Source: Podarcis erhardii
Lineage: Eukaryota
Assembly: GCA_964252035.1 (NCBI GenBank)
Contig: OZ176200.1
Length of the DNA: 64,000 nt
Strand: one strand, 5' to 3'
The notes under the pieces are model-generated. The model ran no database searches, was not told the DNA's origin, and worked only from the letters and a program-made list of their open reading frames with translations. Positions 26,348 to 38,366 of this stretch are shown here, one piece after another. The number at the start of each line of letters is the position of its first letter. Positions within the stretch are counted from its first letter, which is position 1. The translations under genes were made by a program, and so were the position numbers.

Positions 26348-26482
26348 CCAGCGGATTTGATCTGGCTCCAGAACCCCTCCGTCTTGTAGGCAAAGAGGCG
26401 TCCTTGCCCGGCAAGGGCTGTGAAGACATCCTGCTCCAGCCTGATGGCTTCAGCTCGTTGCCAGCCATTGGTGCTCTCCTCC
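26348..26482 (-). CDS. GMPPA: GMPPA exon (EESTNGW...IRLEQDVF...FWSQIKSAG), 135 nt
   Basis: Acceptor ttgttcgcacag, donor TGG|GTAAGG. Confidence 0.96.
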
Positions 26483-27017
26483 CTGTGCGAACAAGGCATA
26501 CAAAGGGTTAGGGGCCACATGACTCACTGGAAAGATGATGTGTGGCCAGAAAGAAAAGGGATTTCTCTAGGTCAGGGAAAATAACCACTCAAGTACAGCA
26601 ACAGCTACTGAGGATGAGGAACCTGAAGCACTCTGGAGGTGGCTGGACTACAGCTCCCATCATCTCTGGCCCTTGGCCATGCTGATTGGACCTGTTGGGA
26701 ATTGGAGTCCATCCAACAACATCCTGAGGGCCACAGAGGTTTGCCCATCCCTGGGAAGCCAAAAAGCCAGTTCTAAGCCTAAGTGCCCAAGTCCCATGGA
26801 GCAGAGAAGCACAAAAGCACTCGGGAGACGAGGAATGCAGGAGGAAGGAGGAGATGGACACTTACCCAAGGCATGTGCCCCTAAATGTGGGCAAGGGGTG
26901 GCATGAGGAGGAGATGGAAGAGACAGAGAGAGAGGGAAGAGAAACAGAAAGAGAGATGATAAGTGACCAGATGTTGCTCCCAGGAAGCAGGAAGGAACAG
27001 CTAAGAAAGAGACTCAC

Positions 27018-27148
27018 AGAAGCAGCTCCTGCTGGTTCCGTTGGAAGACAGTGCCAATGTGATGGAAGATGGCTGGCGTGAACAAGTAGATGCCACAGTT
27101 GATGAGCTCGCTGACGAAAGTGCTGGGCTTCTCCACGTAGTGCAGGAC
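27018..27148 (-). CDS. GMPPA: GMPPA exon ([23 protein letters not shown]...QQELLL), 131 nt
   Basis: Acceptor ttccttctccag, donor TCT|GTGAGT; EKP and INCGIY motifs. Confidence 0.96.
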
Positions 27149-27477
27149 CTGGAGAAGGAAGGGGACATGTAGGTGGGGCAGAGAAGGAAGAGTCTTGGGA
27201 ATTGCACCATCCAGTGCTGGGGATTGCTCTGCTTGAGCCAGGCTCCAGAGAACAGCAGGCAGGAAGGTTGTGCTGGACGGGGTACAGGGATAGGGGAGAC
27301 TGTGGACAGTCTTGGCTCTTCAACTCCCATCAGCCTCAGCCAGCATGGCCAACACTCAAGGCTGATGGGAGTTGTAGTCGGACAGCCTCTGGAAGGCACA
27401 GGTTCCTCAACCCAGGTGGAGCAGCTCTCTACTGGGGCATGCCTGCTACTCAGTCTTCCCTCCAGTCTTCCACATAC

Positions 27478-27537
27478 CTCATGCGTCTCAGTGTTCGCCA
27501 CAATGCAGCCATAGTTCAGAGACTGCTTTCTGTTGGC
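27478..27537 (-). CDS. GMPPA: GMPPA exon (ANRKQSLNYGCIVANTETHE), 60 nt
   Basis: Acceptor tttttgtccctag, donor GAG|GTATGT, phase 0/0. Confidence 0.95.
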
Positions 27538-28530
27538 CTAGGGACAAAAAAGAAAAGTGGTCACAGGAACATTACCAGGGGGTGAGAGGGATTAGAGAAG
27601 AATTTGCAGGACAGGGTTGCCAGGAGCACTGGGACTGGGATCCTAGCAAGGCAACCATTTTGCCCCACAAAGGCTAGGAACCTGCAGCTAGCCCTCAAAC
27701 TGCGTTCCCAAAGCTGGGGAGGGGGGACCTCTCCATCAGCGACCAAACTCCAGCTCCCACCAGCAAAATCAGTGTGGTCAGGGATGATACGAATGGTAGC
27801 CCAGCAAGTATCAAGAGAGCCAAAGGTCCCACAATCCTGTGCCAAGCAGCGCCCTCCTTCCAAGCCCACAGCGCTGTCAGCATGAGAGGCCAGGGCTATG
27901 CCATTTGTAGGATGTGAAACACAAGAGCAGTCAAGTACAACATTCCTAGAGTGAACATGTTTACACATGGGGAAGGATGTTTGTCCAGCCAGCAGGTAAA
28001 CTTCCTGTTTCCTTCTGGGCTGGGACAGACTTCCTCTGCATGTGACTAGAGGTGGGTGTAGCCTCATCTGTGAAGGTAATGACAAAAGCACAGGGCAGGG
28101 CAGCCATCTCTCTCTCTTTTACCACATGCATTGAAGACACAACATCTACTGAGCGAAATATGCCCTCTTGGCTTCCAGCCAAGAGAGGACAAAGGGACTG
28201 TCTTCTTAAGAGATAGATTCAAAGTGTATGTTACTTCATTAAGCTAAGTCTGCCTTCTGGGATCTGATTGTGAACAGAATGTGAGTAAACTCTTTTTATA
28301 CTTTTGTAAAAGACTGTGTCGTCTCTTCTATTTTATGAGGGAATAAGGGGAAAATACCAGAACAGTTATTATAGAGGCTTTAGCGAGCCTGAGCAAACGC
28401 AGCCGCTGCAAATTTAAAAGAAGGGAATGTTACTCTGCTGAAATTGTGGAACCTGTTAACACAAGTTGGATAAGGATATAATCAGACAATATATCCTCTC
28501 CTGCATCCCTGAACATTCCCACACCATTAC

Positions 28531-28723
28531 CGTGGTGCCCAGCATGAGGAAGCTGTCTGGATTGCCAAGCTGCCGGTGGAAGCTGAGCATCTCGCCCAGA
28601 GGGAATTCGGAGCAGACGTCAGCGTTCAGCACAAAGAAGGCTTCAGGGTTACCCGAGAGGATCTGGTCCCGGAAGTGGTAGATGCCGCCACCTGTGCCAA
28701 GCGCAGCATATTCCTGCAGATAC
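28531..28723 (-). CDS. GMPPA: GMPPA exon ([22 protein letters not shown]...LMLGTT), 193 nt
   Basis: Acceptor tttgtgtag, donor ACG|GTAATG; LGTGGG and VLNADV motifs. Confidence 0.96.
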
Positions 28724-28839
28724 CTACACAAAATGGGAGGCTGCTAAGGCCCTTCACTGCAGGGGGAAGAATTGCTTGTGCCAAGGTCTACTAGGCCAAA
28801 TGTGCTTGGCTGTTTCAACAGGTGCATAGGGACCCAGGA

Positions 28840-29010
28840 AGTTGGCTTAGGCAGAGTCAGGCCATTAGTCCATCAATCGTAATACTGCCTACACTGGCTG
28901 GCAGCAAGTGCCCAGGGTTTCAGACAAGAGTTTCTCCCCGCCCTATCTAGAGGTACCAGAGACTGAACCTGGGATCTTCCACATGCAAAGCAGATGCTCT
29001 ACCAGAGTTA
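28840..29010 (-). mobile_element. Squam3-like SINE in a GMPPA intron
   Basis: Reverse complement of the 3941-4120 family. Confidence 0.65.
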
Positions 29011-29420
29011 CACCCCCCTTTTCCAAAGTCTCTGCAGAATCAGGACCTGAATGGCAGATTGTAAAGATGGAGCCCTTTCCTCTCTCTTTAGCAGTGCTGA
29101 CTGACTACCCAGGACCAGCCCAAGGCATCTTGCTGTCTAAGACGGAGGACCGAATGGCTCTATCTCACTTCCTCTTCCTCAGTCCTGTTGCACAGCAGCC
29201 AAGGATGAGCAAATTATTTTGGTACCTGAGGCAGAAAACCCCCACAAGCACCACCCCTCCTCAACAAAAGCCTCTCCATCACTGCATTTATTATGAAAAA
29301 AGTAATGAATGCATTTAAATACCCAAACAATTTGCTGCCCTTTCATGCAACCCAACATCAGCTGCCTGAAGTGGCCGCCTCATTATGTCCAGCGGTTGAG
29401 CCAGCACTGTGACCACCCAC

Positions 29421-29524
29421 CTGATGGGTATTTTGAACTCTTGCTGGGCTGACACCAGGAATCGGCTGAGGGCCTCATTGGGCTGATAGAACCCAATCAG
29501 GAGAATCTCCTTCATGTTGGGCAC
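29421..29524 (-). CDS. GMPPA: GMPPA exon ([14 protein letters not shown]...QQEFKIPIR), 104 nt
   Basis: Acceptor ctctctgcag, donor CAG|GTGGGT. Confidence 0.96.
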
Positions 29525-29671
29525 CTGCAGAGAAGGGAAAGGAAGATGGAGCAACCACTGGCTGGCATATGAAGCCAAGAGCAGGAGAGCTCTTACTTGC
29601 TCAATTTATTGCATGTAAGAGCACAAGGCAACATGCTGGACTGAAAATAACCCTGTCAGTTTCACATTGCC

Positions 29672-30320
29672 ACTATACAAATCTATTGGTGCAAGCACAG
29701 TTGGAATGCTGTGTACAGTTCTGGTCAGCTCACCTCAAAAGCAATATTTTAAAGTGAGAAAAGGTTCAGAAAAGGACGACCCAAATTACCAAGGGGGTGG
29801 AACAACTCCCCTATGAAGAACGGTTGCAGCATTACGGACCTTTTTTTTTTCTTTTAGAGGAAAGGCGAATAAGAGGTGAATTGAAATAAGTTTAGAAAAT
29901 TTTGCACAGCATGGAGAAAGTGGACAGAGAAACATTTTGTAACGTATCTTAACACTAAAACTTGTAGACTGGAAGATTCAAGACAGACAAAAGTCCTTCA
30001 TGCATCACAAAGTTAAAACAACGGTGCTCGCTCCCACAGGAAGCAGTAATAGCCACCAACTTTAAGGCAGGATTAGTCAAATTCATGGAAAAGACATCAA
30101 GGACTCCCAGCCACAATGGCTGCTGTGTTCTGCCTCTCCTGTCAAGAGACATTATGCCTCTGAATACCAGTTTCTGGGAACCACAGGTGGGCAGAGTGCT
30201 GTTGTGCTCATGTCCATCTTGCAGGCTTGTCACAGGCATCTGGTCAGCCACTGGGAGAAGAGGACAGAGGCCCAGATGGGCCACTGGCCTGATCCAGCGG
30301 GCTCCTCTGGTGTTTTTATG
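29672..30320 (+). mobile_element. CR1 LINE 3' fragment in a GMPPA intron (antisense to the gene)
   Basis: ttggaatgctgtgtacagttctggtc...gaaaaggttcagaaaagg...tatgaagaacggttg, plus a 3' UTR ending gggccactggcctgatccagcgggctc. Confidence 0.75.
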
Positions 30321-30359
30321 AACTCCCCTCATGGTGTCAGCTTAATTCCCCTTCCATAC

Positions 30360-30457
30360 CTTAGTGCACGCCTCAATGTGGTGCTGTATCATAGGCACTC
30401 CTGCCACAGGGAACAAGGGCTTGGGCACCTCAAAGGACAACGGCCGGAAGCGGGTCC
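30360..30457 (-). CDS. GMPPA: GMPPA exon ([33 protein letters not shown]), 98 nt
   Basis: Acceptor ttttctcttgcag, donor AAG|GTATGG; nucleotidyltransferase signature GTRFRPL...PKPL. Confidence 0.97.
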
Positions 30458-30989
30458 CTGCAAGAGAAAAGGTTACCACAGAATTGCAGGCTGTCGCTCA
30501 CCAAATTCACAAACGAGACAGGAGACACACAAATCATGGGCTGCCTTGAGAGGAATGGCTGCCACCAGAAGAGGAACAAGGGAAGCCACTGTCACTCTGA
30601 GGCTCCTGAAGAGCAGCAGACGACTGAAGCCAAGGCTGAGGAATGGGAGGGACACCAGGTGGGCCAGAGGAGGGGCAGAGAAGGCATATTCATGTGAGAG
30701 CAGGGCAGAATTCACCCTTCACATACAGAAAGGGATAAGGAACAAGCAGGCTTCTGAACACACACAGGGCGTCAGTCCCTCACCAAGTTACTACCCCACC
30801 TTTCCTCCAGGGAAATCAAGGCGGCATACATGGTTCCCTCCCTCTCCATTTTGTCCTCACAACAACCCTGTGGGGTAGGTTAGCAAGTGACTGGACCAAG
30901 GTCACCCAGTGAGCTGCATGGAAATTCGAAAACAGGTCTCCCAGGCCTGACGACATAGTCAACTCCCTCTCGCACACCCACAGCATGTG

Positions 30990-31700
30990 GGGAACCGGCT
31001 TCCAGGAGGAAAGCCTGCCCCCCCCCCGCTTCTCCTCTCCCTGACCTTAGGACCTTAGACTCAGCTCCTCCGCCCCTCGAGACAGAGGCTCAGGCCACGT
31101 CCCTCCGTCTGACCCCGCAAGCCCCATGGGCGCCGCAAGTGGGGCAAGCGAGGGGCGGCGGGTCTGCTCTGATGGGCAGGTGCACCGGGCGGGAAGGAAG
31201 CAAAGCTCGGCCGGCCGCTTTAGGGTTGCTGGCGGCCCTCACCTTTTTGGGGGCCGCCGATGAGGACCACGGCTTTCAGCATCGCCCTCTTCGTCTGGGG
31301 GGCGCGCGGACAGGAAGGCAGGGCGTGCCGCGAAGGATCCGGGCGAGAGAGGCAGCCGTGCGCAGCGCCGATCCTGGCCCCCTCCTCGACGAGTTCTGCT
31401 TCCGAGCACGTGAGAATGCCACGTCACCGCTGGCCGGGTCCGCGCAGGGCGGGCCTTGAGCGATCCAGGCGGCGCGTCGCCGCGACAGAAGCCGGCCGGC
31501 CGCGCTGACGCGGATCCTCCCGGATTGGCTGTTTTCGCTGTCCGGGACGGCTAGGGCGTTTGGGGTGGGGAGGAAGTTGCAAGCCGTGGGGCGGTTTTGG
31601 TCCCTTCCTCGCTGCCCTAAGAGTAGTCCTGCTTTCGGGCTTCTTCCCACAGGTTGAGAGCAGATGGGCCACTGGGCTGCTCCAACAGGACTCGTACGCT
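30990..31700 (-). promoter_or_regulatory. GMPPA: GMPPA CpG-island promoter / 5' region
   Basis: Dense CpG; CACGTG at 31407-31412, TGACGTGGCA (minus) at 31417-31426, CCAAT (minus) at about 31525-31529. Confidence 0.8.
31243..31282 (-). CDS. GMPPA: GMPPA first coding exon (MLKAVVLIGGPQKG), 40 nt
   Basis: ATG at 31282, donor AAG|GTGAGG; a pyrimidine-rich acceptor ccccccag 12 nt upstream suggests a prior non-coding exon. Confidence 0.96.
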
Positions 31701-31711
31701 GCTTCACTGCC

Positions 31712-31888
31712 CATAGCTGTCAACTTTCAGATTTGAAAATAAGGGATCGGCAGCCTCGAAAATAAGGGATCAGCAGCCTCACCTGTCCCGGGGACAGTCT
31801 ACGGGTTATCTAATAATCCGGGATAGCAGCGGGAAACGGCGCTGAAATAAGGGAATTTCCCGCAAAAAAGGGAAGGTTCACAGCTATG
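31712..31888. mobile_element. MITE immediately upstream of the GMPPA CpG island
   Basis: TIRs CATAGCTGTCAAC / GTTCACAGCTATG (1 mismatch); internal 23-bp tandem gaaaataagggatcrgcagcctc; no TSD seen. Confidence 0.65.
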
Positions 31889-33749
31889 CGCCAGCCTGCC
31901 CCAAGCCTGTTTTTGCAAAGCAGGGCAGGAATTGCTGCTCTGCCTGCCCAGGCTAAAAGGGATGGCGCTTCGAGGGCGGAACCAAGAATCATTTCTCAGA
32001 TTGCAGGCTTGAACCATGCGAAGTGATTCTAGAGAGAATGCAGATTACTGAGCATGTGCAGACGGCTTCCTCTCTCCATTTGAGTAAGTGCAGTCAGCCC
32101 TCACCATTAATGTAGTGCAAGGATTAGCCACCAATCGGCAGAGCCTGCAAAAACCCCTTTTCGGAAGAGAGCGGCTCCACTTGGGAGCTCTAATGGCAGC
32201 CAACCCTATTGGAGCGTGTGTAAATTCCTGCCTTGCTTGCAAAGTACAAGCACATTTTAAGCCAGGTCTGGCATACACTGTGGGTGTGGGGCAGGTGAGT
32301 GTGGCTTCTTACTTGCAGGATGATTTGCACTTCTAATTAAAAGAAGGGCTGCTGATTGAGGATCTTTTCTTAAAGCTTTCTGTGGTTTTACAAGCTGAAC
32401 CTGTGCAGTTACAAGCAAGCACTACTGAATCCAATGACGCTTAGTCCCAGGAAACTGCATCGAATTGCATCCTAATCCTAATAACTTTTTGCATTATGTT
32501 CTATATTGGTGTTTGTTTGTGTTACGATAATCCATCAAGACCAACACATTTGTCTGCCATTTTTTGACTCTTCCTGGGATGTCTTGCTATCGGGGCTGTT
32601 GTGATGAGCTGATGTACTTCAAAATTTACCATACACTTGCTGGACTGTGATCCACTACAAGATGCTCATTTGTAGAAAGCACTCTGCACATACCCAGAAG
32701 CACTCTTCATTACTATTCCCTAGTACATGCTTTAGTGTTGAGTCCTTCCAGGCATGGCATCATTTGTGAGAGACAGACATACAGCGTTGTGTGCTGTTGT
32801 AATGTGAATAAGATGAGCAGCTGTGCAGCCCAAACAATCCCTGATATGGTCAGGAAGGACTATTTATATCTCCAGAACAGCTTGCTTGTGGGGCAGGGGA
32901 AAGGGGTCCTGCAGTGCTGTTTAGTCCCTGCAGGAGGCAGCATTGCCAAGGGAATAAGGGTAAAATCCTGGTTCCAGAACTTACTGAGAAGAACTACATT
33001 TCAGGAAACACAATGTGAGAGGAGAAGAGACCAAACTGTGTTCAGTTCAGCCAGGTACCCAGAATGAAGACGCCTGAGCTAATGTTCTCTGCAGGGAAAG
33101 GTTGAAAAGATTGCTGGATGCCATCCGAGTACCGATACAAATATGGAACAGGAACACAAATAGTCTTTTGTACCTGAAGCTGGGTGATTACATGGTCCTG
33201 GGAGAGAGGAAGGACTTTGTGGGATAAGATTATTATTTCTTTTTTTAGCAGGACCCATTAGGGGACCAGATAGACTCACGGGGCCTTCTAGTCTGCAGCA
33301 ATCCTAGGAATCATCTGCACTTCCATTTGTGCTAAAGCATAGGCCTGTGATTTCTAGGCCTGTGTCGGAGCAGGGGTTTTTTGTCTGGCCCCTCTGTTTA
33401 CCACTGAACTGGAACAAACTGCATGGATTGCTGTTTGTTCGGATTTAGCAGTAAACATGGTTTTCCTGGGGAAAGTGGCGGGACAAACTAAAACCCCTTT
33501 CAGACCCAGACCTAGAAATTACAAACCAGTGCCTAGATAACGTGGGACAGACGAAAGTTTGTATGAGCCCCTATTCTCTGAACCAACAGAACCCTCTTGT
33601 TGACTTTAGGTTTTATCTGAGAAAGAAAAAAAGCTAGAAACTCTTCCCACACTCCACCTTTGCAGCACACAAATGAGATTTCCAGGATTTTAATTTCCTG
33701 CTGATAAATTGCATGTAGCACACACAAGTCCTCTGTACAACCAGCTGGT

Positions 33750-33755
33750 TTTATT
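33750..33755 (-). terminator. Candidate SPEGNB poly(A) signal AATAAA
   Basis: First canonical hexamer I found downstream of the stop (about 470 nt), followed by cttgtgtg. Confidence 0.5.
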
Positions 33756-34225
33756 TAGTTCAAATAGCAAGAAAACAGGTCAGGAAGAATCTGGAGGCTT
33801 CTGGGATGGTTCACAATCTCTGAAGTGCTGGGGGAAAGCGGGTGCTGCCGATGGGAGGACTGCACAGGCCCTTCTGCGTCCTTGGAGTGGAGGTATTTCA
33901 GCGATGGCTGCACAAAGTGATTAGCCTGCAAGGAGATGGGACCCACCTGCCCAAGAAATGGATTCAGCCCTGGGGCACAGTGGGGAACTCTTGCCAGGAA
34001 AGGTATGGCAGAATGACATTGGTGAGAGCCAAAGGGGCAATGAGAGAAGGACTCCCTATTGCATCTTAGGGGGGACAGGACAGGATATCCCTACAGCGCA
34101 TTTGCAGGGCTTAATTTGCTTTCCCCAGCCTTCTCTCCAGGACAATGGCCCTGGACCATACTTTGCAATGACAGAGAGTTTCTTTTTGGGGGGAACTGTA
34201 CAGGAGGCAGGGGGGAGGCAGGAGC

Positions 34226-34364
34226 TCAGATCACATCAAGGCGTGCAAAAGACTGGTCCATGCCCAGGCTGTTCTCCACAAAGACCTCGTACTTCCCAGC
34301 ATCCGCCGGCGACACCTTTTTGATGGTGAGAGTTGTTGAGTCACTGCCGATGTTATAGTATACG
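34226..34364 (-). CDS. SPEGNB: SPEGNB last coding exon (VYYNIGSD...DAGKYEVFVENSLGMDQSFARLDVI*), 139 nt
   Basis: Acceptor ttcccttccctgcag, TGA at 34226-34228; four exons total 723 nt = 240 aa plus stop. Confidence 0.95.
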
Positions 34365-35298
34365 CTGCAGGGAAGGGAAAGGTGGAAATCTCAAGTCAGG
34401 GCCCTTAGAGACAGCTGGTGTTGGGACACAAAGCAGAAGCTGCTAGACTGACCCATGGAACGCTGGCAGTCCATCAGTTCCATTTGGGTGAGGCTGACTA
34501 ACTGAGCTGCAGAACCAGCAAACATACGGCCTTGCACTTGATTTATTTTATTTTATTTTTGACAATGGAGGTCAAGGCTGTTTTAACTTGGGCTGGAATT
34601 ATCAAAAAGAAGACTCTGGCCCAGGGCCCATGATTTTTATATTATGGCACTGCAACAGTCTACTAATTCCGTCCCCATAACAAAATACTAATTAAAAGCA
34701 CCTTTCTTGATGGCCTGACCTAAAGTCTGTTTTTAAAATGCAGTGCTGGCTTTGAGAATGGTACCAATGCTGCAGGGGGAGGGGGGGGGAGTTGCTGAGG
34801 GGCTGCAAAACTGAAGAATTTCAGAATGACTGCAATTACAGATGCTGATCTTTCTCTCACTTCCTCCCCATTAACTACTAGGCAAGGAAGCCCCTGATCT
34901 TGATGCTTTTAGCTCTGCCAGGTCAGTTCCATCCTGGTCCAATACAAATGAGAACACAGGAATCAACAGGACTTGTGTTAAAAGAAGAAATCACACTTAT
35001 CCTGACTCAACACACGTGTCCTTTGATTCTTACACATTAAGGTCCTCTGTAATAACCAGAAGAACTATGTGCTTCCTTCTTCTTTCTTTCAAAAAGGAAA
35101 GCTTATGTTATCGCGTTCCCCATGCGAGAATTCAAGCTATTGCATCAGCCCTGTTGATTTGAACATGAACTAGTAGTGCTTATGGAATCAGGAAAGAAAG
35201 GGGTGGGGGACCTGGTTCTCGGGCTCCCCTTGCTGCCCACATGCCCAAGCAGTGTTGGTGCTATGAAGCTCATTACACCAGTGGTGAATTTCACTCAC

Positions 35299-35440
35299 CG
35301 ATCGTCCTCTTCAATATCCTCGCCATCCTTGGCCCAGCCAACATCAGGTGCGGGCTCCCCACTGATGTGGGCTGTCAGGTTGACTGTGCTGCCTTTCTTG
35401 GCTTTTGTGCTGTCTGGGCCCTTTTGAATCTTGGCAGGCA
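35299..35440 (-). CDS. SPEGNB: SPEGNB coding exon 3, Ig domain 2 N-half (VPAKIQKGPD...PDVGWAKDGEDIEEDDR), 142 nt
   Basis: Acceptor ccctctgcag, donor TCG|GTGAGT, phase 1/2. Confidence 0.95.
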
Positions 35441-36432
35441 CTGCAGAGGGAGAGAGCAGGTGAGATCAGAACAAGGGCCCTTGCTTAGCCATCTTTTGCC
35501 AAGGGGACGGGCAGCAGAATCCTCTGCTAGGGCATGAGGACCTAATGCTGGGGCTACGAGTTTTGTTATGGTGCTGTGTCCTGTTCCAGGTGTTCTAGAA
35601 TTTCTGTCTGATGACCACGGAATATCTTCCAGTTATTTACTTGGTAAACCCTGTTGCACCATAGGTATACTTTGGCAAACGAGGTAAATAAATAAATTCC
35701 TACAAAGGAGCTCTCCAGGTACCAGGTTCACTGTAGAACAGAATTTGAGAGTCAGAACAATTTCTTGTTATGCAGGTTTTTGTATACTGTGCAGGGATAT
35801 AGACTTTGCAGTTTCCCCAGCTGCTGCGTAGGGGTTTAGGGATTGCGGGGGGGGGGGGGGACAGTACACGTTTGTTTGCAGGGATTAGATTAATTGAATA
35901 ATCACACACAAAAAGCAACCCCTATTTCTGACTAACGCATCTTCTTCCAACCCATGCCTAGAGGCGGTAGGTGTTGTGAAAGGAGACTGCCCTCTTGGGC
36001 CCAAGTCTCAGGGATTAGCCTCCTTTCCTGATGACTGACTAAACTATCCTGAGTTCCCATCAGAGGGTTCCCCCTGCCTTTCTTCTCTTCCTTCAGGTCT
36101 GGCATCATAGCTAGGTAGGGCCACGATGAGATCTAGAAGGGAGGAAGAAGGCTACGTCTTGGCAGAGGCATGGCTAAAGTTAGAAGGGGCTTGGCTTTCT
36201 CTACGCAAGATACAAGGCTATGAATAGAAATGGGCAGGGAATGGGGGGGGGGGCGATGACTTGAAGGAGCAGAGCAGAGAGTGCTATTACCTTCCCCTCC
36301 TGAGATGTGCCAAATTGAGATCTCCCCGTAATGAGGAACTTTGCAAGAATGGCTTGGCTTCCCAGGGGATGTGCGTGGCTAAGTTTAGAAGGGGTGTGTG
36401 GCTATGTAAGGAAGGTAGGCAGGCCATATTAC

Positions 36433-36740
36433 CTTCCACGAGGAGACGTGCCGAGTCAAAGCACTCTCCGAAGGGGTTCTTCACGGAGATGGTGTACTTG
36501 CCCAGGTCAGGAAGGCCAGCATCACGGACCACCAAGGCGACAATGTCTGGGTCCTCAAAGACATAGCGGTACTTGGGCCCGTCCTTGAGTTCCGCACCAT
36601 CTTTGGACCAGCGGATGAAGGGGTCGGGAAAGGCACTGATGCGACACTCCAGCTTGGCTGCGCTCCCCTCGATCAGCATCACGTCGGTGAGGTTCTTCAG
36701 CACCCGTGGGGGCCCCTTCTCCTTCATTTCCTTGCGGGAC
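36433..36740 (-). CDS. SPEGNB: SPEGNB coding exon 2, Ig domain 1 (SRKEMKEKGPPRVL...WSKDG...DLGKYTISVKNPFG), 308 nt
   Basis: Acceptor ctacaag, donor AAG|GTAATA; complete I-set Ig. Confidence 0.95.
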
Positions 36741-38366
36741 CTTGTAGTGGAGAGGAGGGGGTTAAGCAGCAGGCCTTTAAGGCTCCTCTTGGAGCTCCTC
36801 TCCCCCATGAATGAGGGTGGCAAAGTGCTCTGCCTCTAATGGTACCCAGGGCCAAAACAGACAGAGATCAGAAGAACAGCAGGAGATAGCAGCAGCAGCA
36901 GCCAGCTGTGACACAACTGGGCAGCCTGGAAGGAGCAGCCAACCCCCGACCAGCCTGCCAACCACTCAGAACCACGTTATCAAGCTGCAGCTAATTAATC
37001 AACAATATTATGATAGTAAATGCTCTGTGGCTAAATGGGTAGAATCTGATTGACTGGGGAAACGGGACATTCTGCAGAATTCTTCTTACTCAATCCCTCT
37101 TCTCCTCAGCTCCACAGAATTGATAAAAACAAGTAAAATCAGGGATGAAAACATAGTCATTGGCTTATATTTTGATGCTGGAGTTACCTCCTTAAACTGA
37201 ATAGCTGCTGCACCCTTTTTTGTGTGCCAATAGTTCCAAGGCAAATGAGAGTGATGAGCAAGAGTGGTGGGAGTTTTGGGTGCTTCCAAGGCTGTCACTA
37301 TTTTGCATACAAGAGTCAACTGCGTTCCAGAAAATTCAGATTGTGCAATTGATGTGGATTTAGCTCTCTGGTGCAACAAACCCGCTTCCAATAAAATAAA
37401 ACCAGGTTATTATTATTATTGTTAGGGAAGTGACAAGAAAACGTACTAGAAAGCATGGGATAACAATTCCTTGACATGGCATCATGTAACCTCCCTGCAA
37501 ACAACTCAAAATGAATGCTAAATAACCAATGCCATATAAGCTGCTCACAAACTTTGTGCAACCAAATCCGAATGAATCCTCAATGAAGAGGTTGCTAGTA
37601 GTTCAGAAACTGGATTGAATGGAGGAGCTGAGGTGTGAACCTGATTTTCTTGCACAAAGTTCACCTGGTGGTTAGACTATGGCTGTGTACTCATTACCAT
37701 TTACTCTGGCTCCAGTGCGCTCCCACTGCTGGTGTTTGAAGCCCTCAGCACATGATGTTAGCCACAATTCATGTCTATCCTGTAGTTTCTGGAGAAATTC
37801 TGCTGTTGGATGCATTTTCCCTCAAACCATTTTCCATCCGATTTGCAAGCATAAGCCAAGGTTAAGATGAGGTACCAACATGCGAGACACATATTGGCAT
37901 GCACAGACGACTGTTTTGTTGAATTGGAGTTTGGTGGTGAAGGATGGGTGTGTTGCAGATGCAGGAAAACCAAAGAGGTAATGCACATCAGGTGAAGGCA
38001 TCCCTGCACACTCTCTGGTGTGTACAGCAATGTGCCAAAGTGGCTTGAAACGCAGCAAGGGGAAATGACTTCACTGCATTTGAAGGTGCTAATGCTTATG
38101 CCTGATCTTTATTGAGGTGACTTGTTTGTGGCGGTAGCTATATGGCAATGGGCATTCATCCTGATTTACTTTGAAGGGGTGTGTGCATCTTTCTGTTAAC
38201 AATACATTAAGCCCACACTTTACAGTGTACTTCCTAACCAAAAAAGAGTTATTTTAAAAAGTGGATATGTTGTGCTACAGCAACATAGCACTGTCACTGT
38301 ACAAACTTCTGTATGTGCCTCAGTCCTTCCTGCAAGATGCTGACTGTCCTGAGGCCACCTGAGTCA

